Shown here: positions 13,440 to 25,839 of the stretch, piece by piece
Position numbering within the stretch: position 1 is the first letter of the stretch
How the letters are laid out: every line of letters begins with the position of its first letter
Made by a program: the position numbers and the translations under genes
The notes under the pieces: model-generated
Seen by the model: the letters and a program-made list of their open reading frames with translations, nothing else
The model's database searches: none
What the model was told of the DNA's origin: nothing
Assembly (NCBI GenBank): GCA_964016885.1
Contig: OZ024743.1
Span: 369,024,001 to 369,088,000 of the forward strand
Source: Eledone cirrhosa
Lineage: Eukaryota
Length of the DNA: 64,000 nucleotides
Reading direction: 5' to 3'

Positions 13440-14215
13440 ATCACACACACACACACACACACACACATATGTGCACACGCTCGCACACATACAGATTGGC
13501 ACAATACAACATACAACTCACTCACATACATTTATGCGTATGCACACATGCATATATGCTCACTTAAACACACACACGCACATACGCAACCATATTGATA
13601 CACACCATTGCATATACATACATGTATGTTCCTTCCTACACTATGTACACATATATACATGGCTATCTACGCATTCATGTACACACACATATATGTATCT
13701 ATTCATACATAAGTATACACACACATACATATGTGTTTTTTCATATCTACACACACATGCACACACACATATGTGTCCGGTCATTCATAAGTGCCTATCC
13801 AAATACACACTCACTCACACACACACACTCACTCACACACAAACACTCACACACACACACACATAAACACTCATATACACATACATAAACACTGACACAT
13901 GCACACACATACACAAAGTATGAATAATTCCTGCCTAGCAACCCACCCACTCTCTCAAGATTACTGTACTTGACCACACACTCACACATGTACATACAAA
14001 CACACACATACACACAAGAATCCACACACTCTCACACAAACACACATACACACATACACACACATGTACTTACAAACACACACATACATGTACATAAAAT
14101 CACACACATACATGTAAGTATCAACACACTCACACACACACATGCAAACATCTTTGCACACACAGGAAAGCACCTCATACACACGCACTCACATATACAC
14201 ATACATTCACACATC
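13440..14215. repeat. Long degenerate (CA)n/(CATA)n tract
   Basis: Direct reading. Confidence 0.85.
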
Positions 14216-14259
14216 CAAACTAAAAAAAATAATCTTTAAAAGACAGAATATTTACCAAA

Positions 14260-14530
14260 GTGAATGAGTTCTGTTTGTGCCATCTCTACCTCCAACGTTG
14301 TTGCTTCAACCACAAACCTAGGTGTCGCCACCTGCAATACAGAGGAGAGGAAGATAAACAAACACTGGGGTTTGACCAATTGCTTAATTTTCATATCAGT
14401 TACCATCTGCAAAATCGGAAAGACGGCAGGCTGTCTGAGGAAGGGGTCCCATGAGGTGGAGTGGCTGTTGCAGTGGGTGTTGCTGGCCATTCTCTGGCTT
14501 CGCCTTTCTGTCTGCAGAGCACAACCTAAT
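14260..14530 (+). mobile_element. Fragment of CRE-like (RLE) non-LTR element C-terminus
   Basis: STSNVVASTTNLGVATCNTEERKINKHWGL...EVEWLLQWVLLAI aligns by eye to STSNLVASATNP...AEERKINKYRGL...ELGWLLQRVSLAI at 60711-61499. Confidence 0.6.
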
Positions 14531-15446
14531 CACCACTCAGACTAAGGTGTAGAGTCTGTTCCTCCCTACACTCACTCCCTTTCTTTCGTTGTTTAATTCT
14601 TTTTTCTCCTAAGGTATTTTTAATCTGAGTTCCAATAATACAGACATGTGGTTAGAATGTCTAAGGAAAGAATCGTTGGACAAATTTTACAGGTGAAACC
14701 AACTAACAAAAGACCCAGGTTTAGACACCAAGCAAAATGGTTGGATAACATCCATGAGCTTGGCTGGTCTTGCTTGGCAATCCTACCAAATAAATTGGAC
14801 TGGTAGTTTATGACAGGACTCGCTGGAAGGAGTGCTTGAGGACTCTGTCTCTAAGACACTCCCAGGAATTACTGGAGAAGAAGAAGAAGACTATATTTCC
14901 ATCAGTTTAACCCTATTAGTATCAATCTGCTTTCAACTGGTTCTATGAAATAGAACCACCCATTTTAAAGGGTTCCTATTTAAATGAAGGTCTTCCAACA
15001 TAATTTCTTTTAAGATTCTTTTAAGTTATGGTATAAATAATATCTTAATCATGGTTTCTGATTTAGGCACAAGGTTAACAATTATGGGGAAGAGGGAAAT
15101 CTATTAAATCGACCTCAGTGCATTACTGATATGAAACAACTATTAGTTTTAGTAAATCTCTCCAAATTAATTAATTCAGTGTATTTTTCATAAGAAATAT
15201 TGTCTTAAAAGGGTTAATATTTTATGATGATTATCATCATGACACAGTCATAGCTCTGTGGTTAAAAAGTTTTTATCACAATCACGTAATTCTGGGCTTT
15301 GATATTAGTGAGGCAACTTGGTTAAATCTTTTCTATATGTGAGAAAGCTTGTCAAATGGACTACACTAATATTTATTTGAGCGGTCAACATAATCTGTTG
15401 CCTAGTTTAATGTTACCACCTGTCCTTTGAGTGCATTTTGCGAAAT

Positions 15447-15630
15447 CCACCCCATTTTTGATGGAATAAAACACTACATTTTGTCAAGAAGTCCACCTCA
15501 TTGTTGACAGAATAAAACACAGTACATTTTGTCAAGAAGTCCACCCCATTGTTGACAGAATAAAACACAGCACATTTTGTCAAGAAGTCCACCCCATTGT
15601 TGACAGAATAAAATACAGTATATTTTGTCA
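15447..15630. repeat. 48-bp tandem repeat, about 4 copies
   Basis: Unit ccaccccattgttgacagaataaaacacagtacattttgtcaagaagt at 15493, 15541, 15589, plus a diverged first copy at 15447. Confidence 0.85.
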
Positions 15631-15958
15631 AATAGTTTGGTATAGGAAAGGCATCCAGCTATAGAAAATGTGGCAAACAAAGTGTAGAGAGGCCTCTTCA
15701 GTTGTGTCAAAGACGTAACAACCTCTTTAGTGCTGGAGCCATGATAAAATGCCCTCTACACTTTGTAGAATGTGGGCATGTATGTAAGTGAGATGATGTC
15801 CTGGCCCATCTGAGAGATCAGTGACTCCGATTAAGAACTGGCTTAATCTGTGACAACACACCCAACCCTTGTTAGCAGAGAAAACAGAAGTTAAATGATG
15901 ATGATGATGATGATGATGATGACTGTTGCTATCCACAAGGAGGCCATTGCTGTGCACT

Positions 15959-16158
15959 NNNNNNNNNNNNNNNNNNNNNNNNNNNNNNNNNNNNNNNNNN
16001 NNNNNNNNNNNNNNNNNNNNNNNNNNNNNNNNNNNNNNNNNNNNNNNNNNNNNNNNNNNNNNNNNNNNNNNNNNNNNNNNNNNNNNNNNNNNNNNNNNNN
16101 NNNNNNNNNNNNNNNNNNNNNNNNNNNNNNNNNNNNNNNNNNNNNNNNNNNNNNNNNN
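15959..16158. other. Assembly gap (200 N)
   Basis: Run of N. Confidence 1.
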
Positions 16159-17129
16159 GAAGATATTGATTTCATTGAGATATGTAGAACTGGAGGAAAA
16201 ATAGATAAAAAGATTTTAACACTAAGATGGCAATAGAAATCAAAGAAATTATTTCGCAGTAAAAGTTGAACATTTTTCAAAATTCTGAATAGGAAAACAT
16301 TTTTTATTTTACGATAAAATGTTAAGAAATGAATTTATTCTTACAAATATCATGGTGAATGTTTACCATCATATTTCAAAATCATTTCCAAGAGATAACT
16401 TTGTATCTATTCTTTTAAAGAAATCTGTAATCTATTATGCATGCAAGATTCTTGATGCGAAATTGTCTGTAAAACAGATATTGTTATATTTCTGGAAGGT
16501 CATTTTGCCAATTTTGATTTTCACTTTAGCTTTATTATTATTAGTTATATTGATTGGTTATTTTGTCAAAGCTTTTTCATCACATTCTGTGACCTCCTAA
16601 AAAAAACACAGGAAGACACAAATACAAACAGTAAAATATACAAATACATAGGGAAATACACACAGACACAGGCACAAATGCTTGCTCAGACAAGGATATG
16701 TACCAGAGAAAGACAAAATAGAGTAAAAAGAATAGGACTCAAAAGAAGAGGAGACACATAGAAGAACAAAAAGTCATTGAGAAGGTCACAGAATGTGTAA
16801 CAAAGATCTTTGACAAATTAACTAATAACTAATAATAATAAAGCTGAAGTGAAATCAAATGTGTGTGTGATTTATTGGTAAAAGTGGCAAAATGGCCATC
16901 CCAAAATATAACAATATGCAATTTATTACTTGTTGAAAAGTTTTTTATATGACTTGAGGGAAAGCTGAAACTTTGGGAAAACATCAATTATTTATTGAAA
17001 TAGAGGAATTTACATATATAATTATTTTGTATTTGATTTATGGAGATTAAAGATGATACTGTCAGCAATAGACCAACTCAGATTTCCGTTCCCCATCCAG
17101 CAATATTGTTCTTTAATTTCTTTGAAGTA

Positions 17130-18110
17130 TAATGATTTCTAATTTAGGCAGAAGGTCAGCAATTTTTAAGATAAGGTAACTGTAAAAAAGAATAACAGAA
17201 AGAGCCATAACTAAATACTGCAATGCATTTTGTCCAATGCTCTTCTGATTCCTCCAATTCACCACCCTTCTTTGATGTATAATAATGGTTTTTTATTTAG
17301 ACACAAGACCAACAATTTTGTGGGGAGTAGAAAATCGATTAAATCAACTCCAGTGTGTTACTGGTACTTTATTTTATCAACCTCATAAGGATGAAAGGCA
17401 AAGCTAACCTTGATGGGATTAGAACTCAGAATGTAACTCTATGCTGCAAAGCATGTTGTCCAACACTCTACCAATACTGCCAATTCACTGCCCTTCTTTG
17501 ATATATAATAATGATTTATAATTTAGGCACAAGGCCAGCAATTATCCAGTACATTACTGGTACTTTATTTTATCGACCCCGTAAGGATGAAAGGCAAAGT
17601 TAACCTCGGCGGTATTTGAACTCAGAATGGCAAGGGTCGTAACTATGCTTCAAAGCATGGTGTCCGACTCTCTACCGATACTGCCAATCCACTGCCCTCA
17701 TAATTGTTTCTACTTTAGGCACAAGGCCAGCAATTACCCAGTGCATTACTGGTACTTTATTTTATCGACCCCGTAAGGATGAAAGGCAAAGTCAACCTCG
17801 GCGGGATTTGAACTGAGATCGTAAAGGGACGTAACTATGCTGGAAAGCATGGCGTCCGACCCTCTACCGATACTGCCAATCCACCAATGGTGATATATAA
17901 TAATGATTTATAATTTAGGCACAAGACCAGAGGAGAGAGTAAAGTCAATTATATCCGTCCCAGTACTTGACTGGTGCTTTAATTTAGCACCCTCAGAAGG
18001 ATGAAAGGCAAAGTTGACCTCAACAAGATTTGAACTCAGAAAGTAAAGAGCCATAACAAATACTGATAAGCATTTGTCCACTTTTCTAATGAGTCTGCTA
18101 ATCTATTGCC
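17130..18110 (-). mobile_element. Tandem array of about 5 tRNA-derived SINEs with Nin/Deu-like central domain
   Basis: Minus-strand unit: ggcagtggattggcagtatcggtagag (box A-like) ... gagttcaaataccgcc (box B) gaggttaactttgcctttcatccttacggggtcgataaaataaagtaccag. Confidence 0.75.
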
Positions 18111-18189
18111 TTATATTTGATGTAAGATAATGACAACAAAATAAAATTTCATCAATGATAAACCATAAAAAACAATGTTTTCTTCTTGT

Positions 18190-18972
18190 TAGGTCATAGA
18201 GGAAACATCACTAACAAGTGATGTATCTCAGGAAACTGTCTTCGGACCTCTGCTATTTGAGGTAGCTCTCTCAGACATGCCCTCCATAGTACAGCCAGCC
18301 TCACTCACTAGCTATGCTGATGATATGAAAGTAGCACAGGAAAAAAAATCCAGCTGATGCTACTCTCTTACAAGATTTAGATGTCATATACAAATGGACT
18401 GCGGACAACAATATGTAGTTTAATGCTGGAAAATGTCAACAAAGTTACATGAAGAAGATTGCCTCAAAGAAGATGAGCTATTGGGAGAGGCTGAAAGAAC
18501 TAACGGTCTAATCCCTGGAATACAAACTCGAAAGATATGCAATGATTTACATATGGAAAATCATGGAAGAACTAGCACCAAACTTTGGCATTGAGAGCTG
18601 GATCAAACCTTGAACAGGATGTCACTTTGTAATGCCAAAGGTCCCATCCTTCACATCTAGAGTTAGCAAAAGGTACTGCAATAGCCTGTGGTTCAAAGGC
18701 CCCAAATCTCTTTAATAAGCTGCCAAAAAGCTGGAGAGTTCTACATGGTCAATTGTAGATGTTTTCAAGAAACATCTCAATATTCTGCTAACCAGGATCT
18801 CAGATGAACCCACAGCACAAGACAAAATACAAATAAGGGCAGCAGTGACAACAAACTCTCTCATACATTCAATGACCAACCAAAAAAGACTGGCTATAGA
18901 AAGTGTAGCAACAATGGTGGTGCCCCAGCTTGGCCTCAGCCAGTTGAATGGAACAGGTAAAAGAGTAAAAGT
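18190..18972 (+). mobile_element. Degenerate CR1-group LINE 3' portion
   Basis: TSDVSQETVFGPLLF...SLTSYADDMKV RT motifs, internal deletion, (gtaaaaga)n tail. Confidence 0.7.
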
Positions 18973-19122
18973 GTATACATACATACATATAGGTTTGCTT
19001 GTGCAAACAGGAGACACAAAATCAATACAAGTAGAGTGATATCTATTCTATTATAGCAGTGATTTGATGACCTGGAGTTTTGTATTACCCTGATATATCT
19101 TCACATCTATGATAGAATATAA

Positions 19123-19302
19123 TTGTTTCTACATTTGGCACAAGGCCAGCAATTACCCAGTACATTACTGGTACTTTATTTTATCGACGATGTAAGGATG
19201 AAAGGCAAAGTTAACCTCGGCGGGATTTGAACTCAGATCGTAAAGGGACGTAACTATGCTGGAAAGCATGGCGTCCGACCTTCTACTGATACTGCCAATC
19301 CC
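19123..19302 (-). mobile_element. tRNA-derived SINE (family of 17130-18110)
   Basis: Near-identical to 17703-17885. Confidence 0.8.
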
Positions 19303-20449
19303 CCATGTAAGTATGTCTATACATATATGATGTTTCTACACAGTTTCTTCTGAACAAATTCCTCACATAATATATTAGTAAACCAGAGGCTATGATAAAT
19401 GACACTTACGCAAGGTAGTATGCAGTAGGGTGAATCCTGGAACCACACAAGTGAACTTCTTACCCACACATCAATGCTTGCACCTCTTCAAACTATATTT
19501 CTCCCACCCTACTTCCAGACACTGTCCCCCCCCCCCCTGCTTGTTTAATGTTTTTCCTCTATTCTTCTCAACTTTTTTTCAGACTACACCATCACACACA
19601 CATCTGATTTTCTAATATATTTTATAATACTCTTGGGTCTCAACTAATCCTACCCCCTCCTCTGCTTATCAATTTTTCATATCCCCACCCCTCACTTATT
19701 AAATTTTGCTAATCTATCTCCAGTGAAATTTTATTTTAAGTAGTAGCATCCCTGCAACAATTAATTTTCTTTTTACATGATAAAAAAAGAACATTACTAG
19801 AAATTCAATGTTATAAAATAAATAGGAAGAACTGGGGGCCTCAATATGTAAACTAAACGACTAATTCTGTTTTTTTTAAAAATCAATGGAGACAACCTAG
19901 AAATATTACCAATTTTCCACCCCACCCTCACCCCCTGCTTATTCCACCCCCACCCCTATTATTTGGAACCCAAGAGTATATGATTATATTATACCCCTCC
20001 ACCTTAACCCTCCACACATTTGATTTTATAATATAGGGTTATACCCTCCACTCCCCCACCCCCAAAGGGAAGGAAATAACTAAACATCAATTAGTAAGAA
20101 TAGGTAAGTTGTCACATGATGCCAGAGAGGTTTTGGAAATATAAAACTGTAGTTATATGTCTTCAAAACTTGTTGTTATTGTTGATGTTGTCATTGTTTT
20201 ATGTTATATATTGTTCTAGTTAATGGCTTATGGTGAGAGTTGTGTGCTTTAAAGCAGCCTGAAAAAAGAAAAAAAAGACTACCTGAGATAAGTTATTTTC
20301 AACAGTATTCCACTGTATTCACATTGGCCTTTGATAAAACAATCAGGTGAAAGTTCTTTTTGGTCAGCAGTAAACAGATAGTTGCAATAAGTACACTATT
20401 TTCCTAATTTCATGGAATGTGCACGTGATCACTTACCAACATATAATTG

Positions 20450-21366
20450 ACAGCACTACCACCACCATCACCAACACAACTGCCACCACCGCCACAACCA
20501 GCAGCAGCACCACCACCACCACCACTGCCACCACCACTACCACCACCACTACCACCACCACCACCATAACCACCACTGCCACCACCGCTACCACCACCAC
20601 AACCACCACAACCACAACCACCACTGCCACCACCACTACCACCACCACTACCACCACCACAACCACCACCACCACCACTACCACTACCACCACTGCCACC
20701 GCCACCACCACCACAACCACCACCACCACTGCCACCGCTGCCGCTGCCACCACCACCACCACAACCACCACTACCACCACCACAACCACCATCACAACCA
20801 CCACCACAACCACCATCACAACCACCACCACAACCACATCTACTACCACTACCACCATAGCCACTACCACCACCACCACAGCCACTACCACCACCTCCAC
20901 CACAATCATCACCACCACCACCACCACTGCCACCACCAACACCATCACCACCATCACAACCACCACCATCATCACCACCACTACCATCACTACCACCACC
21001 ATCATCACCAACACCATCACCACCACCACTACCACCACAAACCACCATCATAACCACCACCACCATCACCACCACCACCACTTTCATCACCAACACCATC
21101 ACAGCTACCACCATCACCACCACCACCACCATCACCACCACTACCACCACTATCACCACCACCACAACCACCATTAACCACTACCACCACCACCACCACA
21201 ACCATCATCATCATTACCCCCACCACAACCACCACTACCTTCATCACCACCACCACCACCAACACCATTATCACCACCACTATCATCATCACCACCACCA
21301 CCACCACCACCACCATTACCACCGCCATCATCATCACCACCATTAGCGCCATTATAAACACCACCA
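20450..21366. repeat. Long degenerate (ACC)n trinucleotide tract
   Basis: Direct reading; gives poly-Thr/His/Val/Gly ORFs. Confidence 0.95.
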
Positions 21367-21516
21367 TGTGTCTATCTATATAGGACTTACATCTAAATGA
21401 ACAATTTTTAAAATTAATGTTTGTCTACTCTCTGTCTCTTCTGCCTTCTCTGTTCTCTCCTCTCTTTCTTTTTCTCATCTTTTCTCTCCCTCTTCTTCTC
21501 CCATGTTGTGTCTGTC

Positions 21517-22268
21517 TATCATCATCATCATCATCATCATCATCAGGTTTAGCGTCCGTGTTCCACGCTTGCATGGGTTTGGACGGGGGTTTTCCCACTT
21601 GAGGCAAGAGTGGTTGTCTTGCTCGCATAGGACTGTCTGGCGGGTTTTCTACAGTTGGATGCCCTTCCTAACACCAACCACATTTACAGTGTGGGGCTGG
21701 GAGGTTTTTACCGTGTTGCCTACACGGCCACATTACAGCGTGGACTGTCTGGCGGGTTTTCTACAGCTGGATGCCCTTCCTAACACCAACCACATTTACA
21801 GTGTGGGGCTGGGAGGTTTTTACCGTGTTGCCTACACGGCCACATTTACAGCGTGGACTGTGTGCTTTTTGTCGTGACACCTACACGATCTCATTTGTTT
21901 CGGCCTGGATGTTGTGGGACCAACATAACTTTACATTGAAAGGGGCGGTGTGGGTGGGGTGGAGGGTGGTGGGACGGGGGTGTGTTTTGATAGAGATGCC
22001 TACTGACTGTAGTAGGTTTTTACTTTGTATTTAGGTAAGGCGGGTCTTCTCTATTACTGAGTACCGCCAAAGGTCTCGGTCCAGTGACATTGTCTTGGAG
22101 AGGTGTAAGCGTGTGAGGTCGGAATTTATCAGCTCGTCCCATGTTTTTCTGGGTCTGCCTACTCCGTGGCTACCGTCTATCTTTATTGCCCTGCACTTTG
22201 TTATACAGCTGTCGTCTTTCATGCGCATCACGTGACCGTACCAACGTAGCCTTCTCTCGAGTAAACAA
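21517..22268 (-). mobile_element. RTE LINE 3' end (family with (TGA)n tail)
   Basis: RRLRWYGHVMRMKDDSCITKCRAIKIDGSHGVGRPRKTWDELI; near-identical to 50645-51290; internal tandem duplication of about 120 bp in the 3' UTR. Confidence 0.85.
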
Positions 22269-22385
22269 CATGTCTATATATGTCCAAATGAACAATTTTT
22301 TCTTACTTCACCTTCTGTGCATACTTACTCTTCTTGGCTAATATGTTGGGCTTTGTTTCCATCTCTTATTTTCAGTTGCAGCACA

Positions 22386-22562
22386 TTGGTTTTCGGTAGA
22401 GGGTCGGACACCATGCTTTGACGCATAGTGTTACGACCCTTGCCATTCTGAGTTCAAATACCGCCGAGGTTAACTTTGCCTTTCATCCTTACGGGGTCGA
22501 TAAAATAAAGTACCAGTAATGCACTGGGTAATTGCTGGCCTTGTGCCAAAAGTAGAAACAAT
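22386..22562 (+). mobile_element. tRNA-derived SINE
   Basis: Reverse complement of the 17512-17698 unit. Confidence 0.8.
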
Positions 22563-23153
22563 TATTTATTTATATATAGTTGAAAGACAAATCATCCTGT
22601 CTTGTGTCCATTTGTTACTGTCCATATGTACTGGAGCTAGGGGTATCAATCTTAAAGCACCTAAACCACGAGGACCTTCAGCAGTTGACTAATGAGAAGG
22701 GACTGTCCTGTGTTTTGACTGTTTTATGCTGTCTTTACCCACCCTTTTTATTCATTTAGTATGAGTTTAGCGATTCAGGACACTTTTTCAAATTGATATG
22801 TAAACACACACACACACACACATACATATATATATAGTTTTCATGAAATAGTCTTTGAAGTTTTTCCAAATTGAAGGATGAGTATTTTAAACTTTATCTT
22901 ATCATGAGTTAAGGCTCTATTGATTTTTCCATGGATTTCACTAAATTCTGTGGATGAATCTATATCCTGATTCTCTTTGAGTTGAGTTTGAATTATTTTT
23001 CCCACATCTTACGTTAACTATTTTTCCCATTTTGACGCTATAGTCACTTATATATTATGGAATACTGCTGGCTTTTTGCTACAATGTTTTCTATACCTTT
23101 CATTTATATATATATATAAGAAGAAATTAAAAGATGGTTAAAAAAGTTCCATG

Positions 23154-23224
23154 TATTTTATTATGCGCATTTCAAAAACAAATATCATCCTGGAACGATA
23201 TTTGCATTCTCATCAGACAAAATA
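23154..23224 (-). ncRNA. Type I hammerhead
   Basis: Minus strand: tattttgt CTGATGA gaatgcaaatatc-gttccaggat-gatatttgttttt GAAA tgcgca TA ataaaata. Confidence 0.8.
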
Positions 23225-23542
23225 GGGAGATATGATATGATGCCTAAAAAAAAAACACTTGTGAACAAGGTAGTGTCTAACCAACTTCTCATCAGATAAA
23301 ATAGGGAGACATGATATGATGCCTAAAAAAAACAGACACTACCTTATTCACAAGTGTTTTTTTTTAGGCATCACATCATGTCTCCCAATTTTATCTGATG
23401 AGAAGTTGGCTAGACACTACCTTATTCACAAGTGTTTTTTTTTAGGCATCATATCATGTCTCCCAATTTTATCTGATGAGAAGTTGGCTAGACACTACCT
23501 TGTTCACAAGTGTTTTTTTTTAGGCATCATATCATATCTCCC

Positions 23543-23613
23543 TATTTTATCTGATGAGAACGCAAATATCGTTCCAGGGTGATATTCGTTTTTGAAATGC
23601 GCATAATAAAATA
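23543..23613 (+). ncRNA. Type I hammerhead
   Basis: tattttat CTGATGA gaacgcaaatatc-gttccagggt-gatattcgttttt GAAA tgcgca TA ataaaata: perfect 8-bp stem I, palindromic stem III. Confidence 0.82.
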
Positions 23614-23752
23614 CATGGAACTTTTTTAACCATCTTTTAATTTCTTCTTATATATACTCCAGTCCAATAAACTGTTGTGCTACTTATCCGATATTTACAT
23701 TGCTTTATTGTTCTACAATAAAACTCACCTCCTACATATATATATATATATA

Positions 23753-24284
23753 CAGTGTACCCCTGGCATTTGCATTCCTGACATTCGCAGTCCCAGTTAT
23801 TCGCAGGATTTTCCTCAGAAGTTAACTAATAATGGTTCATGGAAACTACCGCATATTTGCAGAACCGTAAATATCTTCCACGATTTTTTTAATGTCGTTT
23901 TTCATAGCAATATATAAGGTGGTGGAATGGCAGTAGAGGGTCGGATGCCATGCTTTGAAGCAAAGAGTTACTGCCCTTTATGGTCTGAGTTCAAATCCCG
24001 CTGAGGTTAACTTTGCCTTTCATCCTTACGGGGTCGATAAAATAAAGTACCAGTAATACACTGGATAATTGCTGACCTTGTGCCAAAAGTAGAAACAATA
24101 TATATGTTTTCACACTTTTTAATGCTAAATTATTAATAACAGTATACTGTATTTGCCAGCCTATATTTTACGTTATGTCTTGATGTTTACAGGCACTTTT
24201 ATGGACCACATCCAATATTCGTGGATTTTCACTCTTCGTGGGTGCTCTAGGAATGTAATCCCTATGAATACCATGAGAAAACTG
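23753..24284. mobile_element. Tigger-like MITE interrupted by a SINE (23917-24098, +)
   Basis: TA|cagtgtacccctgg ... ccatgagaaaactg|TA ends and internal attcgc/attcgt motifs. Confidence 0.55.
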
Positions 24285-24953
24285 TATATATATATATATA
24301 TATATGCAAAAGTTTTATTTAAAATTGTTGGGTTACAACGAGTAAATATTTTATAACTGATATAAAGCACTCAACAAGTTTTGGAGTAGATATACGATAT
24401 TAAACAAATGGAAACTATATTTATAAAACCATATTTATTTCAAAAACAAATAACGAAACGAAATTAAATTTCGTTTCGTTTGTAACTCACTTTTGTATGA
24501 CTGACGCTTAAACAATTAAGTTAAAAATGTACATCCACATATGTATACTGAAATACTAGTATGCATATGAATACACACACGTATACATATGTAGATGTAC
24601 CGAGTTTTTCACTGGTCACTTTACTGTGAGTGTCCAGCTATTCTGTATGTAAACACACAGACAAACTGGTTTTTGTATGTAAACACACAGACAAACCGGT
24701 TTTTAGAGTCATACTGGTTTTTGAGGAAACACCTTTCCTCTATTCTCTTAATTGTTTAAGCGTCAGTCATACAAAAGTGAGTTACAAACGAAACGAAATT
24801 TAATTTCGTTTCGTTATTTGTTTTTATCGTCTCCGTTGAACCGGTACGTACTCACGCTCTATGCAAGTTAGTCTGCCCACTACTAATTTTCATAGAAAAA
24901 GCATATAACGATATGTGCTTTTACGATTCTCTAGAAAGGCCGGAAGATAGGTA

Positions 24954-24998
24954 AATATTGCTGATGAGTTGTAACAACAACGAAACTAGTTCAATATT
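24954..24998 (+). ncRNA. Fully paired minimal type I hammerhead ribozyme
   Basis: aatattg CTGATGA gttgt-aaca-acaac GAAA ctag TT caatatt: 7-bp stem I, 5-bp stem II, palindromic AACTAGTT across stem III, GUU triplet. Confidence 0.88.
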
Positions 24999-25258
24999 CC
25001 TTGTCTGGCTTTCTGGAGAATAGAGGAAAGGTGTTTCCTCAAAAACCAGTATGACTCTAAAAACCGGTTTGTCTGTGTGTTTACATACAAAAACCAGTTT
25101 GTCTGTGTGTTTACATACAGAATAGCTGGACACTCACAGTAAAGTGACCAGTGAAAAACTCGGTACATCTACATATGTATACGTGTGTGTATTCATATGC
25201 ATACTAGTATTTCAGTATACATATGTGGATGTACATTTTTAACTTAATTGTTCATATT

Positions 25259-25326
25259 TATTTCATTATACATATTTCAGGGATACCATATTAAAAATAT
25301 GGCATGCCTTCTTCAGATAAAATACA
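25259..25326 (-). ncRNA. Type I hammerhead (CUGAAGA core)
   Basis: Minus strand: tgtattttat CTGAAGA aggcatgccatatttttaatatggtatccct GAAA tatgta TA atgaaata. Confidence 0.75.
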
Positions 25327-25412
25327 ATATATAAGCAGTTTAACTTTTTTAAATGGAAGTTGATCAATATTTTTATGGTACGTCAAATTTATTTATAAAA
25401 CTGCTTATATAT

Positions 25413-25480
25413 TGTATTTTATCTGAAGAAAGCATGCCATATTTTTAATATGGTATCCCTGAAATATGTATAATGAAATA
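25413..25480 (+). ncRNA. Type I hammerhead (CUGAAGA core)
   Basis: tgtattttat CTGAAGA aagcatgccatatt-ttt-aatatggtatccct GAAA tatgta TA atgaaata. Confidence 0.75.
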
Positions 25481-25520
25481 AATATGGTTTTATAAATATA
25501 GTTTCCATTTGTTTAATATC

Positions 25521-25522
<2 letters not shown>

Positions 25523-25603
<81 letters not shown>
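25523..25603. repeat. (TA)n microsatellite
   Basis: Direct reading. Confidence 0.95.
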
Positions 25604-25605
<2 letters not shown>

Positions 25606-25763
25606 CAGAATGCTGCTTAGAATTAGAAGCACTTCACGTCAGTAGTTTATTCAAGGTAGGTGTTGGGGATTTGGAGTGACAGAGTATATCACTATGGCCT
25701 ACATCACTATAAGATAGTTATACATGACCACCGGCATATTCCAATGATTGCATAACTGCACCT

Positions 25764-25839
25764 ATGATTGTGTAAGAATCTGATGAAGTCACATGTATAA
25801 CCATGTAACAGAAATATATATCATGCAATAAACAATCAT
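25764..25839 (+). ncRNA. Type I hammerhead motif with internal loop in stem I
   Basis: atgattgt gtaagaat CTGATGA a-gtcacatg-tataac-catgtaac-a GAAA tatata TC atgcaataa acaatcat; distal stem I atgattgt/acaatcat is perfect, proximal stem I is weak. Confidence 0.6.

Larger units (their letters stand above)
23118..23737. mobile_element. Foldback Penelope-pLTR-like element with two hammerheads and 78-bp tandem units
   Basis: Arms 23118-23330 and about 23430-23650 are inverted; 78-bp units at 23334, 23412, 23490; flanked by (TA)n; homolog at 52237-52490. Confidence 0.75.
24307..25522. mobile_element. Penelope pLTR foldback (family of 535-2888) containing a nested second element (24443-25252)
   Basis: Outer arms acgatattaaacaaatggaaactatatttataaaaccatatttatttca are inverted at 24394-24442 and about 25474-25522; catatttatttca is duplicated at 24430-24442 and 25253-25265. 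Confidence 0.75.

Noticed and set aside
20200-20440. Possible small minus-strand exons (acceptor at about 20260, donors at about 20282 and 20436)
   Set aside because: The implied intron is only about 23 nt and the peptides are unrecognisable.
20410-21367. Long poly-Thr/His/Val/Gly ORFs resembling a mucin
   Set aside because: Translations of an (ACC)n tract on both strands, with no unique coding context or convincing splice structure.
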